The notes: generated by a model from the letters alone, not told the origin. Shown: positions 35,101-49,400, counted from the first letter of the stretch. The stretch is DNA of 64,000 bases from Amoebophrya sp. A120 (GCA_905178155.1 CAJINV010000002.1:3176515-3240514); one strand, 5' to 3'. Program-made: numbers and translations.

Positions 35101-38100
35101 ATGGCTGAAAGTATTCTGTCCGCGGGCGCGGCTCCGCGTGACGAAAGCCCATTCGCCAAAGCGGCACTTTCTTCGACTTCCGCGATAATTTCGACCGCAG
35201 GAGCAACAAGTCAACAACCCGCTGGTACAACCTCCACAACAATGAGTAAAACATCAAACACGACGACTTCTCATCTGACCGTCACGACCACCGACATCAG
35301 CAATCTGCGAGTTTTTCGATTCCGTGATGTCGGGGGCAACATCTTCTCCGTTTTCACGAACTCTGAGAGTTGCAAAACCGTCTACGACTGCATCTACAAA
35401 GTGTTCGGCATCCCAGCGGACGTGGCGAAGCATTTGGTATCCTGTGCAAAACTATCGTACTCGTACTGCAGTCATGCATTGCAAATCTTCTTTTTGAGGT
35501 AAATCTGCACTACAAATTTTATTTCTCATGCTGAGGAAATCGAAATTTGTAATGCATTAATACGAGGACGATACTTTAACTTTTGCAGTTCATATTTGGA
35601 GATGGTTCTCGACGACCGAGAGGAAGATGAAGCCGGAGCAAGCGGACTGCTTGGTCCGAAAATCTTCAAGACTAAACCCTCAACATCTTCATCTCCGACA
35701 GAGTCCGATGGGGACACTTCTAAAGATTATGACGATGAGGAAATAACTGCTGCCTCACCTGCTGCTGGTGCTGCACAAGTAGATGACCAAAAAGAACATA
35801 AACAAACCTACGAGGATCTCTGCTTCCGTGTGCATCGGAAGATGTTGAGTCCCCTCGAGCTCGTTCTCTTCGCGGAGCCGAATCTGAGCGGCATTCAGCT
35901 GGACGCAGACCAGGTGACGGTGCTAGCCCGCGACTTCGCGAAAATTGCGAAGGTCCGGGAGTTCGCGGTCACGACGAAGCACAAGAAGAGCAAAGAGAAC
36001 CACCTCGACGACAAGGCAGCAGCGCTGATTGGGGAATCGATCCGGAAAAGATACGGCGTGAAGGTCAAGGACCTGCTGCGCAGTGTTGAAATGAAGCGGA
36101 CGAGGGAAAACGAAAGAAATGGCCATGATCCTTCTGACCAAGACGACGAAAAATCTGATTTCGACAGCGACGTCGATAAAGACAGCTCGGACGAAGATGA
36201 AAAGGAAACGAGCAATTACGTCAGTACAGACGAGTCGGAAAACGAAGATTTTCTTTCTGCTCCTATTCTTGACAGGAGCACCGGCAAGACATCATCAAAC
36301 TTCCATCTCCTCGACTACGCGCCGCAAATCATTTTCCCGAACTTTACGGACCTCGTCAACGCCAACCAGCCACTGCACCCGAAGAAACTTTTGTCTGCAC
36401 TCTGGCGGCTCCGGTTTCTCCTGGCTTGTGCGGCCGGGACGCTGAACTTGGAAAAAAATAAGAGATCCTGTCCAAGTGCGAATAACAAGCGGTTCCAACT
36501 GGACGCGTGGTCCCTGCGGAGTTTGCTGCGCCGCGTGGAGCACGCGCTGTTGCAAGAAGCGCCGAAGCGGATCGCATTAGATCAGGCGCAAAAAACCGGG
36601 GAGGTGCCGCCGCCAAACCTCGGAAGAAGTAGTGCTGGCACCAGGAGCTCTAGTTCGAATACTAAGGATGAGTCCTCGTCCGGCGGGACTAGTACTTCTA
36701 GCAGTACTGAAGAAACGAACCACGACGAAGACGACTCGTCCCCCTTCTGGTCGCAGTTAAAACTGCACCAGCAGCGGGAACTTCTCCGGCTCGCGAACTT
36801 CGTCTTGCTACCCATATCAAATGCAAAAATGTCTGGGTCTGGGAGATTGCGAGATTTGTTATGCATGTCTAGCATCACTCGAGAATCTGTGATGCATGAG
36901 TACGACGAAAAGGCGCTCCTATCTGTCATGCAAGAACGCAGTTTCTCATGCGAAATACGCAACACATAGCACCTCAAAAATTTGTCGTGCTTGGCTGCAT
37001 ATTGCAGTCCGGCTATTATCCACTTTTAGCATTACAAGTTTCCAGACCCAGACACTTTTGCATTTGATAACCCAAATCCGGTCACAACACGGCTCTTTTC
37101 CGCACGGATGAGACCCCGTTTGAGCCGCTGTTAGAAGTGCAAGAAGAAGGAGGTGCTCCTGGGTCAACAACTACGAATGGTACGGGGCCGCAACATCAGC
37201 TCCGCCGCTTGCTCCACCGGTGGGACGAGGAAACCGACCGACCTATCCTGTGTAAAAACGTCCCCACGACCCCAGAGCTCTTGCAATGCAAATCTGCATG
37301 CCAAACAAGTTTCTCATGCGGAGCCCCATGAGAAGCATCTTCTAGTCGTGTTTTGGAATTTGTGATGCTAGAATCAGCATGGCTTGCTAGATCTATGTTG
37401 CTGCTGAACTAGCTAAACAGGATCACACTATGAGGGCAAACTTGTCATGCGAAACAACCAAAGCTGGCGGAGTTGTCTAGCAGATTTCCCTTCTTGACTA
37501 TGGGGTCGCGGGGACGTTTTTCCACAGGATACGGCCGCGGAGTAACCACGCGAACCCGCTGGATGTCGCGAAGTTTCTCGACAAGGCAAACGAGTTATGA
37601 ACTGCAAAAGTATCGTACTCGTATAAATGCATTACAAATTTCCTCAGCATGAGAGATGAAATCTGTAATGCGGATTGACCTGCAGAAAAGGATTTGTAAT
37701 GCATGATTGCAGTACGAGTGCGATACTTTTGCACAGGATACGAGTTGGGCTTGGAGTTTTGCCGGGCGTGGTTGTTTATGAAATGCAAAAGCATCGTACT
37801 AGTAGAAATCGCATGACAAATTCCTTCAGCATGAAAAATGGAATTTGTCATGCTGTTTTACCTTGGGATGGAGATTACTATCTAAACTGCAGCAGCTGGT
37901 CAAAAATGCAGGCGAGGGGTATGTTCGGGGGTGTGTCAGGGGTATGCAAATGGCAGTCAATCACGACCTGAATACAAATTTTTGGCGAAAAAGCAGAAGG
38001 TGGGGTATAAACATACCCCAGACACACCCCAGACACACCCCAGACATACCCCAGACAGACCCCCGAACACACCCCAGGCAAAAAGTCCGAACATACCCCA

Positions 38101-41100
38101 GACACACCCCGGACACACCCCGGGCAGACTTTCGGACACACCCCGGGCAGACTTTCGGACACACCCCGGCCAAACTTTCGGACACACCCCGGCCAAACTT
38201 TCGGACTTTGTCATGTGGGGTTTGGACCCGAAGCCCAGTCTGTCGCGCGAGACCGTGCGGCCAAGGGGCGATCCAAAGCCCTAGGTCAGCGCGGGGACTA
38301 TGTCCCCGCGCCATGACCTAGGTGCCAGCTGTGACCATTTCCGTAACCGGACGCCGTGTGGCTAAGGGGCGAACGCCCTAGGCCAGCGCGGGGACTCGGT
38401 CCCCGCGCCATGGCCTAGGGGCCAGCTGTGCGCGCTTCCATCCCGGACACCGTGCGGCCAAGGGGTGAGAGCCCTAGGCCAGCGCGGGGACTCGGTCCCC
38501 GCGCCATGGCCTAGGGGCCTGCTGTGAGCGCTTCCATCCCGGACACCGTGCGGCCAAGGGGCGAAAGCCCTAGGCCAGCGCGGGGACTCGGTCCCCGGCG
38601 CCATGGTCTAGGGGCCAGCTCTGGGCGCTTCCCGGACACCGTGCGGCCAAGGGGCGAAAGCCCTAGGCCAGCGCGGGGACTCGGTCCCCGCGTCATGGCC
38701 TAGGGGCCAGCTTTGAGCGCCTCCCGGACACCGTGCGGCCAAGAGGCTGGCGAAAGCCCTAGGCCAGCGCGGGGACTCGGCCCCCGCGCCATGGCCTAGG
38801 GGCCAGCTGTAAGCGCTCCCACCCGTCCCAGACACCGTGCGGCCAAGGGGCGAAAGCCCTAGGCCAGCGCGGGGACCCGGTCCCCGGCGCCATGGCCTAG
38901 GGGCCAGCTTTGGGCGCTTCCCGGACACCGTGCGGCCAAGAAGCGAAAGCCCTAGGCCAGCGCGGGGACTCGGCCCCCGCGTCATTGCCTAGGGGCCAGC
39001 TTTGCGCGCGCGGACACCGTGCGGCCAAGGGGCGAAAGCCCTAGGACAGCGCGGGGACTCGGCCCCCGCGTCATGGCCTAGGGGCCAGCTGTGAGCGCTT
39101 CCACCCCGGACACCGGGCGGCCAAGGGGCGAAAGCCCTAGGCCAGCGCGGGGACTCGGTCCCCGCGCCATGGCCTAGGGGCCAGCTGTGAGCGCTCCCAC
39201 CCCGGACACCGTGTGGCAAAGGGGCGAAAGCCCTAGGCCAGCGTGGGGACTCGGCCCCCGGCGTCATGGCCTAGGGGCCAGCTTTAGTGAGGCGCCTCCC
39301 GGAAAGCGTGCGGCCAAGGGGCGAAAGCCCTAGGTCAGCGCGGGGGCTCGGTCCCCGCGTCATGGCATAGGGGCCAGCTGTGAGCGCTTCCCGGACACCG
39401 TGCGGCCAAGGGGCGAAAGCCCTAGGCCAGCGCGGGGACTCGGCCCCCGCGCCATGGCCTAGGGGCCAGCTGGGGCGGAGCGCTTCCCGGGCACCGTGTG
39501 GCCAAGGCAGGGGCGAGAGCCCTAGGCCAGCGTGGGGGCTCGGACGGTCCCCGCGTCATGGCCTAGGGGCCAGCTGTATGCGCTTCGCGGACACCGTGCG
39601 GCCAAGGGCGCGGGGACTCACTCGGCCCCCGCGCCATGGCCTAGGGGCCAGCGAGCAGCGAGCGCCCCCCGGACACGGCGCGGCCGAGCAAGGGGCGAAA
39701 GCCCTAGGCCAGCGTGGGGACTCGGTCCCCGCGTCATGGCCTAGGAGCCAGCTGTGAGCGCCCCCCGGACACCGTGTGGCCAAGGGGCGAAAACCCTAGG
39801 CCAACGCTGGGACTCGGTCCCCGCGCCATGGCCTAGGGGCTAGCTATGAACACCCCCCGGGAACCACACCGCGCAGCCAAGGAAGGGGCAAAGAAAAGCC
39901 CTAAGGCGGTGCGGGGGCTCTGTCGCCGCGCCATGACCTGGGGGCCGGCTCCAGACCCGGCGCCAGTTTCTTCTTTCTTTTTATCGTTGCGCGCGGATGG
40001 CTAATGAATCTAGTGCGCGTAAGCAAGGGAGCCGCGTCCGCAGGCCCGTCGCGGGTCATTGAATGCAAGGCGCACCGAGATACCTAGCTGCGAGCGACCT
40101 GCCTGCCCAGTGCCACCGCGCAGACAAACGTCGGAAGGTCGCAGCACGGGGACTCTGTCCCCGTGCTCGGACCTTGTTTGTAATGCATAAGTGCAATTAC
40201 TACGAGTGCGATACTTTTGCACTGGATATTGTTTGCGAATGCGGTTCTGGTGGTGAACAATCCGAAAGACGTTTTCCACTGGTTCACCGCCCGAACGATC
40301 GCGGAGCACCACTTGTTTAATCTCGCGGTCGCCTGTTTGGAGCTCGTTTGGTACTCCCCCATGATTTATCAAGTGTAAAAATGTCTGGGTCTGGAAGAAT
40401 GCAACTTGTCATGCTAAATCTGAAGCTTGCAAAAATCTGTGTTGCATGATTGCCAAAAGTCGTCCAGTTTTGACCAAGTCGGGAGGGAGTTTCTCATGCA
40501 GGATAGGCATGAAAGAGATCGCACAGAATCTGTCATGCTAGGTCCTGCATTCCAGACCTCATGGGTCATCGAAAAGCTGCATGACAAATCGCGCACTCTT
40601 CCAGACCCAGACACTTTTGCATTTGATATGATTCGGGAGATGCTACAGCGGCAAACCTGGTCGTGGTGCGAACATTTACCGGAGTTTTACCTGTATCCCG
40701 TGCAAAAGTATCGTACTCGTAGTAATTGCAGTTATGCATCACAAATCTTTTTGTTTTTCTTAAGGCAAACCCGCATTGCAAATTTAATTATAATTTGTAA
40801 TGCTGAGCAAATTTACATACTAGTACGATACTTTTGCAGTTCATAACCTGCAGATGCTGCGAAACGTCGGAAGTAAGAAAGCGGTCGCGGTAGGGGCGGA
40901 GATGAACAAGAACCGGGACGGTAGCGATTTCTTGAACGCAAATGCTACAACGAGTATTGTCAACAGGAAGGACGACAACGACAAGGACAGCATCATTGTG
41001 AAAACCGCTCCCACTGCCAGCGACTTCGACTTTGTTTACTTGCGGACAGCTGCTGCTGTGTCGAGAGGACCTTCTTCGCCGGTGAAAACGACCGCCCGCA

Positions 41101-44100
41101 ATGATGAGGAGCAAGACCCCGACGATCCTTCCTTTTTCAAGTGCAGCATCGAGTCAAAGACACTTTCTTACCTCCCGGAGAGAAAGGAGCTCAACGCGGC
41201 AGATTTTTACGGCATTAAGCCGGGAACAAAGAAGTTGAGTAAGAAAAAACTGAAGCAAATCGAGGAAGAAAGAACGAACCCGTTGCAGGTCTTGATGAAC
41301 CCGGTGTGGCGTCACGTGAACCCGGAATTCGAGTATTCAGTGAAGCGGAAAGTCGCGAAACTGTTGTTGAAAAGTGGTGGCAGTAGTACTAGTACAGCGG
41401 TAGTACAGCATGACAAAAACCATTCCAACGACCAGCAAAGTAAAAACCAAAACGACGAGGGAAGTAAAATCTTTGACTTTTTGAGCGACGACGACGTGTT
41501 TGGCACATCGTTGGGTCTTATCAAATGCAAAAATGTCTGGGTGTGGAAGATTGCCAGGTTTGTCATGCATATTTTGCATGAACCCTTTTACTTTTTAATT
41601 TGGTTCCCTCGGTGCTGAGACAGGGAGTTTGCACAGAGTTATTTCTACCTAGATAACAACCAACTCACGTCGCAGCCGTCCCAGGAGTTTCGGTTGTTGT
41701 CTCTCGGTAGAAATCACGCTGTTCAAAAAATTTCTGTTTTGGAGTTTACCGGGTACGCGGTTAAGAGTTTGTCGACGTAATTTACAAAGGGACGCCCTGC
41801 CCTTAGTTTCCCAACATGACTCCTGATGTCTGTGATGCATGCCCTAGCATCACAGATCTTGTGAGGGCTTCCTGATGCCTCGACCGCATGAGAAATGCCC
41901 GCTCGCCGTGGCAAAAACTGGACCTCTTTTGCTGTTCATGCAATACAGATTTTTTGTAGAATCCAGATGCAGCATCACAAGTTGCATCCTTCCAGACACA
42001 GACTCTTTTGCAATGCATAGGGCTGATTTTAGACGTGAAGGAACAGACCATCGTAATGCCACTTTCGTTATGCACTGCAAAAGTATCGTACTCGTACTAA
42101 TCGCAGTCATGCATTACAAATCTAGTAATCAAGGGAAATCCGCATTACAAATTACCTTTGTAATGCTAAGCCAATTTGTAATGCAATTCATACTAGTACG
42201 ATACTTTTGCACAGGATATTCATCTTCGAGTTCGTGTGCAGCTCCAGCTGCGATTGCGGAAGCGCCGGAACAACAGGCGGAGGTTCATCTTGCAGGCTAC
42301 TGCTCCGACGATGAGAACAACGAGAATGAAGATGATGAAAGCTACACGAAGACGAGGAAGAACCTCAACGCGGCTAGTCCGGGAGGCGACACGACTATCA
42401 CTACCACCTGTGGAGATGGAAGCAACACAACAGCGGGGGTTGACCACGATGGTACAGCGAGTCCCGAGGACGACGATGAGGACAACGGTCGTTGTGACGT
42501 CACCACCGGGCTGTTGAACCAGCGCGAAGAACTACAGGTCGAGGAGGAAGACAATCGTGGGAATGTCAATTACAACGTCGAAGATGTGACCAAGATGGGC
42601 GAGGGCGACATCGAAAAAATGTTTCTCGACATGGCACACGAACAGGAGGAAAACAAGGAAAAATCTTTACTCGGCGACCTGCTCGATCCAGAGAATTTTG
42701 GGAACCATTTGGACAAATTTGAAAAAGTCGCATTGACCGAAGAGTCCGTCGAGACGCTAATCGCGGACTGCGCCACGGTGCATCGGAAGCTGAAGGACAT
42801 GTCGTTTCGCAATAATTATGGGGAGAAGAAACATCTACAACAGCAAAAAGAACTACCCGCAGGAGGGCAGCAAAATCCAAGTGCGGCGGCAACAACTTCT
42901 GACGAAAGGAGTGGAATAAATGGTCGTCCGCGAGCCTACACGGGTAGCAGTTACGCGGGAAGTTCGGATCACGAGCTTGAGCAGAAAGTAGACTTTGCAG
43001 AAGTTGATGTTCCGGCCAAGAACAGTGACGAGAACAAGCTCCCATCATCAACCACTTTAAGCAGGACGAGTTGTACGACAAGTGTGAAAATCAACCACGA
43101 ACAGAATGAAACAACGAGGACCCCTGTCGTGCGCAGTTCTGCGACGCAATTTCATCGAAAGGCGGTGGTCGAAGCTCTTGAGGTGCAGTGTGAGGACCAC
43201 GTCAAAAGCGGTGATGGTGATGGTGTTCCTCCAGCGCCGGCCTTGGGAAAAAGTGGAAATGAAACCGCAGCAGCAGTAAGAGTGTCTGGTGCACGACCCG
43301 CTGCGGCTAGTACAAGAACCCCGATGCTGTTGAGCAAGGACGACGTGAAACGGAACAATAACAAAAATTCTCGTCGTGAAGATGATGAAACCAAAACTGC
43401 AATCATCCAACACCCACCGGGAAACGTCGAACTCACAATACAGGACCTGCCCTCGGAGCTGCCTGTCGTGCAAGACGAGAGGAAACAAAACATGTTAAAC
43501 ATTCTCCAGAATCATCAAGACACTGCTACCATAACGTCCTCCAGCTCCAGCGGTCTCATCGACAGAAAAAAGAGCCCAAGCACGGACCTCCACCTGATTT
43601 CCAACTTCGCGCTAATATGACTTGCAAAACTATCGTTTACCAGTGCCGTAGTACTTGCAATACAAATAATTAACGCGGTCTGTTTAGCAATACAAATTAG
43701 CGCAGCATGACAAATGGAATTTACCATGCTAATTTTGCTTGGGAGAAGCATTTGTCAAGCATGATTGCGACGACTACGAGTACGTGCACGATACCTTTGC
43801 AATGCATAGTTGAATTCCACCAACGAAATGGTGCCCTCCGCTTTGGGAATTGCAGTGGATCAGTACGTGGAGCTGAGCAAGGAAGACCCGTATGATTTGC
43901 AAAAGTATCGACGTACAGGTAAAAAAGTAGTAATCGCGTTTTATGCAATACAGATCTCCTTTCCAAAGTAAATTTAGCATATACAAGTTCCATTTCTCAT
44001 GCTGAGCAAATTTGTCATGCGAAGATTTCTACTAGTCTACAAGTGCGATACTTTTGTAATCCATAACCCGACAATTCCATCGGAAAATCTGAAAGCGATG

Positions 44101-45099
44101 CTCGAATTTTACTGCGGAAAGAACTGCATGGAGTACGAATGGGCAATGACGTGCGGCAACTGTAGATGCAAGTGTAGAAGTTCTTCTTCTTCTCCTTCGG
44201 ATGAAGACGCCGATGATCAGACCCTCGCTGCAAAAACAGAAAAAAACGTCCTCCAGGAGAAGATGAAGAGGAACGAAAAGCTGAACGGCGACATGCGGAA
44301 GTGGCGGAAAAAAGTGGTGATTGAGAAACTATGCATTGCAAAAGCATCGTACTTCTACCTTCTAGTATAAATTGCATTTACAAATCGACTCAGCATTACA
44401 AATTAAAATTGTAATGTGGATCCGCCTTGAGAAAAAGATTTGTAATGCGTAAAATCGATAATTGGTACAAGTGCGATACTTTTTGCACTGCATAAAAACG
44501 GAAAAACGTGTATTTGGAAATCATCAAGGAGCTGCTCCTATCAACTGCAAATATGTCTGGGTCTGGAAGATTGCGAGATTTGTCATGCTTGTTTGGCATG
44601 ACTGAAGAATTTGTGATGCGTGTCCAAGAAGAAACTCTTTTGTTTGTCATGCAAAAGCGCAGCTTGTCACGCGGAAAGCGCAACACTAAGCAGCGCAGAC
44701 ACTTCTCATGCTTGGCTGTGCATTGCAGAGCATTCACTTATTCTTGATCCAGCATTACAAGTTCTTTCCAGACCCAGACATATTTGCAATCCATAGCTCC
44801 ACGGCCCGCGAAGTGAGGATTTGGATCTGAAGTTGCATCTAGATCACTCCCAGTTCTTCCCGCTGAAGAACGGCCACACGCTGCGCGAGTTTTTGGTGTC
44901 GGATTTGGTACGGAAAAATTATCCGGAATTGTGGGAAGTAGTGAAAGATGCTGTGGAGAGAACGATTGGGACTACAGGCAGTACAACTTTTGCGGAAGGG
45001 AAGCGGAACGAAGTTTTGGGAAAGAAGAAGGAAGATAACTCCCAAGATCATTCCAAGAGAGCACCTGTGAGTGTGGACGACATTCTGGTGGATATGTAG
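35101..45099 (+). CDS. Large hypothetical protein (~1594 codons), 14 exons; central segment weakly BTB/BACK-like
   Basis: Removing 13 introners plus DRs leaves 4782 nt in one frame linking ORFs 35101, 35596, 37137, 40854, 41875, 43999, 44508 and 44821. The domain guess is weak. Confidence 0.7.
35438..35594. mobile_element. Introner family A, 157 bp
   Basis: TIRs, DR TTTGG. Confidence 0.9.
36815..37069. mobile_element. Introner family C, 255 bp
   Basis: TIRs, DR ACCCA. Confidence 0.9.
37244..37531. mobile_element. Introner family E, 288 bp
   Basis: TIRs, DR CGACC/CGGCC. Confidence 0.9.
37596..37740. mobile_element. Introner family A, 145 bp
   Basis: TIRs, DR CGAGT. Confidence 0.9.
38011..38208. 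repeat. Minisatellite (12-bp CAGACACACCCC units evolving into ~23-bp units)
   Basis: Direct inspection; short inverted copy at ~37916-37946. Confidence 0.85.
38250..39945. repeat. GC-rich ~95-bp tandem satellite, ~17-18 copies, each with a long palindrome
   Basis: CCCTAGGCCAGCGCGGGGACTCGGTCCCCGCGCCATGGCCTAGGG recurs at 38376, 38472, 38568 and onward. Confidence 0.9.
40367..40628. mobile_element. Introner family C, 262 bp
   Basis: TIRs, DR TGATT. Confidence 0.9.
40694..40845. mobile_element. Introner family A, 152 bp
   Basis: TIRs, DR ACCTG. Confidence 0.9.
41519..42019. mobile_element. Introner family C with a 233-bp nested insert (41582-41814, CATGA duplication)
   Basis: TIRs, DR GGTCT/GGGCT. 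Confidence 0.8.
42069..42218. mobile_element. Introner family A, 150 bp
   Basis: TIRs, DR TTCGT/TTCAT. Confidence 0.9.
43616..43808. mobile_element. Degenerate introner family A, 193 bp
   Basis: TIRs, DR GCTAA/GTTGA, frame restored. Confidence 0.75.
43891..44065. mobile_element. Introner family A, 175 bp
   Basis: TIRs, DR ACCCG. Confidence 0.85.
44330..44494. mobile_element. Introner family A, 165 bp
   Basis: TIRs, DR GAAAC/AAAAC. Confidence 0.85.
44539..44795. mobile_element. Introner family C, 257 bp
   Basis: TIRs, DR GCTCC. Confidence 0.9.
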
Positions 45100-46464
45100 G
45101 TCCTATTCGTGATAAAGATGACTGGTTTTCGTTTTACACGTTTCTTGTCTAATGTCATGCTTGTCGCAGTAAAGTAGAAATAGAAAGTTGTTGTGAGCTC
45201 CTCGTGTTTCTTTTTGTAAATTTACATTTGACGTCAAATTTTAAGAAGCGGATCATGATACTCTTCTAGTATTCCCGCTCGCAATCTAGAAAGAGAACTC
45301 GTTGGCTACACTACTAGTAGGTACTACCGTTTGAAAAAAATTAGGAATGTCCACGGTTAGAGCAGCTGCTTTCAGCTTATCCTGTGGTTTTCACACTCAA
45401 GCTGCTTGTTTATTTCCTAGAATCCACCTTCGGAAAAAAGAAAAACGAAATTGATTTACTGTGCCATGTTGAAAGCACCGATTTTTTTGGCAGACCGTGA
45501 GCTTCTATCGACGAACTTTCTTCCGTGTCGGGGTCATTTTTCTCATGTCTCTCGGACACCTATTCAACGTTCCTAGAACTTTTCGTGAAGAACTTTTCGT
45601 GAAGAACTTTTGCAGTCTTTCTTACAACTGCGCCATTCTACTTTACAACAATTTCATCTTCAGACAGTGTTAATATCCAAGAAGAAGAAAGAAACTTTCA
45701 GATGAAGCAGATATATACGAACAACGACGAACAGTTTTCGCTTTGGGTTTTCTCTTTATCCTCTTTCGTGCGAGCTTTTCACAGACAACGGCAACGGGAC
45801 GAAAATTTTTTACGATTTATCAAAAATACGAATACCGCGGCTTTTCGTGCAGCTGATGCTGACGCCACATGTCAGGCAGACAAGAGCAAGAGGTCGTATC
45901 CTATACAACAACGACGATGAATGAACTTTCAATTTGTTAAATGATGAACCCGAAAAATCGCAGAGAAAAGTATCATGGTAAAAGTCGAACGGTAGGCGTA
46001 GGGGCTAAGGCTACCGCTACGCGCTGCTTTCTTTGTCGTCGTGTCTGTTGTTGAGGTCGTTTGTGCAGCGACATGTAGCTCCGCCGTGTTTCGCTGCTGT
46101 TACAGCTTCAGCTACAGTAGAAGAGCAAAGCCATGAGATGAACAACGCCACAAAATATAGAACGAGAGGGAAGTAGTTGATGAAGATGCTTTTTGTGTCT
46201 TCAGCGAGCCAGCAGCACTACGCGCTCCAGACCGCGATGAAGCCGAGATATTCAGAAACGCAATAATAGAGATGATAGTCAGAAAAATTAGAACAACATA
46301 AAGTGTAGCGTACTCGTCATATTGATATTGATGAAGACAAGCGTTGTGATTGTAGCTGCTCGAGCTGAATCTTCGTACCGCGGCTTTTACGCCACATAAA
46401 ATCATGCTACAACTTTAGAACAACTTCCACTTCCAGCAAAAGAACCAACAAGCAAGCAAAAGCC

Positions 46465-49400
46465 ATGTTGTGCGAGTGGGGCGTCCCGGTGGACAAGAAG
46501 CGCAAAAAGATATCAAATGCAAAAATGTCTGGGTCTGGAAGGTTCTACACTTGTAATGCTGTCTCTGGATACTGAAAAAATTTGTATTGCATTACCAGCA
46601 AGAGAACTCCAGTTTGTGCTACGCGGAGAGGACATTTCTCATGCGGCAGAGGCATCACAAAATCCTCTAAAAATCTGTGACGCTAGGGCATGCATCACAG
46701 ACATCATGGGTCATTCAAAATATGCATGACAAACCTGGTAATCTTCCAGACCCAGACACTTTTGTATTTGATAAAAGAAGCCGAAGTTCAAACGGCGCGA
46801 CACGACCGCGAGCACTGCGTCAAAGACCAGCATATGGATTGCAAATATGTCTGGGTCTGGAAACTTGTAATGCTAAAAGTGAATAATAGACGTGCCGCAA
46901 TACGCAGCTATGCATCACAAATTTTGTGGCTGCCATGTCTTGTGCATGGCAAACTGCCTCTTTGCGTGACAGTTACGATGGCTCTTTCGTACCTATGCAA
47001 CACAGATTTTCTAGTCATGCCAGACAAGCATGACAAACTTGCATCCTTCCAGACCCAGACATTTTTGCATTTCATACAGCACGGTGGTGAGCAAGAAGAG
47101 CCGGAAGGCGACTGAAAGCATCGGTAATTATGCCGCGGCCGACGGAGGTACTACGAGTGCTGCAACTGTTGTGCCCGAGGCTGGAGAGCAGGCTCCACGA
47201 CCTTCTCAGCCAGACGGCGAACAACAAACTGGATCTTCAGGTCGTGGGCCTGTCGACGTCGAGCAGGGGCCGTCACTAACCCCCGAGACAGCAGCGGCAC
47301 GAGGAAAGCAGTCCGTCAGCACTGACGAGGCCGGAAATCATGCAAATGCGGACGCTAGGACCACCGCCTGCCCCAGCACCACTACAACCGTGCAGGAGCC
47401 GGAGTCCGGGTCGAAATTGTCAGCTTCGTCGAGTTTCAACACCTTGTATAACAACACGTCGCTCGTCATTCCGGAAGAGGAGGAGGTGGAACCAGTACCA
47501 CTATCGCGACAAGCGGTCCAGCACCAGTGTGCTAGTACAGAAGAAGAGGCACAAAGGCAGCAAATGCAAATTGCAGGCGAAAATATAATAGAGGCCAACG
47601 ACCCGACGACTCTTCCACCAGTGGGGATAATTGTCGGCAACCTTCCCGCAACAGCATCATCATCTTCCTCCTCCTCTGCCAGCTCCACAGCTTCTTCTCC
47701 CATCACCGCTATCCAACACGAGAGCGGGCTGCGATTTTGCGAGGTCGATGCGAAAAGGCAGCGGCAGAGGATTCCTTTTCAACATGCAGCGAAAACAAAT
47801 TCGAACTTTATTTCCGATGTTAACAAAAGTAGTATCGGAGGGCTGGATAACGATAATTGGAATAGTGGTTGTGCTGCAACCAAGGGCGCAGCTCCTGTGA
47901 CGAGCGGTGGCAGAAGTGCAGCATCTTCTCGGTCTGCTTCTGCATGCTGCAGGAATAAAAATTCGCAGGACACCATAATCCTCGCCGGAAGTAGTAGTTC
48001 TTCGGACGATGAAGTCCAAAAAAGTTTGGAGATTTTGCGAAACCTGAAATCTGCACTGGATCACGACATACAGCAACAAGATCATGCAGTTCTTCACGAC
48101 CAGCAACTACAACGCGGCGAGTCGTCGTCCTTCACCTCTTATGCTGTGCAAAAGTATCGTACTCGTAGTGATTGCGTTTATGCATCACAAATTTCTTTCC
48201 CAAGGTAGATCTGCATTACAAATCTATTTGTAATGCTGGGCTAATTTGTAATGCGATTTATACTAGAAGTACGATGCTTTTGCATTGCATACCTCTCGCG
48301 AGGAGAACGAGATGAGCAACGACATCCTCAGTGCTTCCTCGGTTTCCCCCAGTCCCTCTGTCGACTTCGATTTTCTGGAGGTCGCTAATATAAATTTGAT
48401 CCAGAACTACAACGAAGATGACGGCGAGTTATTTTCAGCCGGCTCGTCTAGTAGTAGACCACCGCCTGCGATGTCGATGAAAGCGAGGTTTGAAGGAAAT
48501 TTGGAGCTCCTGATATGAAATGCAAAAGACTCGTACTAGTAGAAATCGCATGACAAAGTTCCTCAGCATGAGAAATGAAAATTGTAATGCGGTTTTGAGA
48601 AAGAAATTCAAACTTGTAATCGTATGACTGCGATTACTACGAGTGCGATACTTTTGCACTGAATACCGGAACGGGTTTGATGACGAATTTATCGTGGAGA
48701 ATTTCGAACCATCAGCTACTGTAGCGGATGGGTTGATGAAAAATGTGGAGATTTATTCTCATGCAAAATCAACAAAAACCGCAACTGGTTCAACATCTGT
48801 GGCTTCTTCCTCGTCCTCTAGCACTTCTGCTGCGAACTCTGCGACGAGCAGCACGACCGTGTCGCCACTCGAAGAGAGTGCTCCGCCTTCTGGTTCTTCT
48901 GTGTCTACTAGTGTGGTTCCATCGGTAGAACAAGTGCCATCTTCATCTTCAAGTTCCTCTTCCTCCGTCTCCAAAGCGACCTTTATCCGCAAAAAAAAAC
49001 CTCCATCCCCATCCAATTTGTCATGCAAAACATGCATCAAGTCCGGTGCTTCTCATCCAAGAAACGGATGATGATATTCACGGTTTTTTTTTCTGTGGAT
49101 ACCATCCCCCTTCGTCGCACTGCTGGATGAACACCAGCAGGAGCGAGACCGCGCGCCCTCCATCGAAGAAGTGACCAGTGACGCGGATAAGGATGTTACA
49201 AACCGGGTCGAGAAGTCGGATGAACATCTGCTGGCCGCGATCGCGGACAGTCTGGCGAAAGACGTGGCGGAGCACGGGGTCAGGGAGGAAGTGGAGTCTT
49301 TGTACTGTTCTACGGTATCCTGAGAAAAAAGTGTTACAGTTACACACTCTGATGGAAGTAGACAAGCAGTACAGACAACCTCTGTCATGCAGGAAATGCT

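Larger units (their letters stand above)
37777..40228. mobile_element. Introner family A expanded to 2452 bp by a satellite-bearing insert (~37877-40176)
   Basis: Left and right halves of family A, DR TTGTT; exons join AWL|FANAVLVV. Confidence 0.85.

Noticed and set aside
38250-39945. CRISPR array
   Set aside because: The linkers are variants of one sequence rather than unique spacers, there are no cas genes, and the context is eukaryotic.
38250-39945. Hammerhead ribozyme satellite (CTGTGAG...CGAAA)
   Set aside because: The core lacks CUGANGA, and no UH cleavage triplet closes the stem after GAAA.
15458-45099. Pseudogenes, stop-codon readthrough or an alternative genetic code
   Set aside because: Stops fall inside the elements, and the reconstructed exons are stop-free in the standard code.
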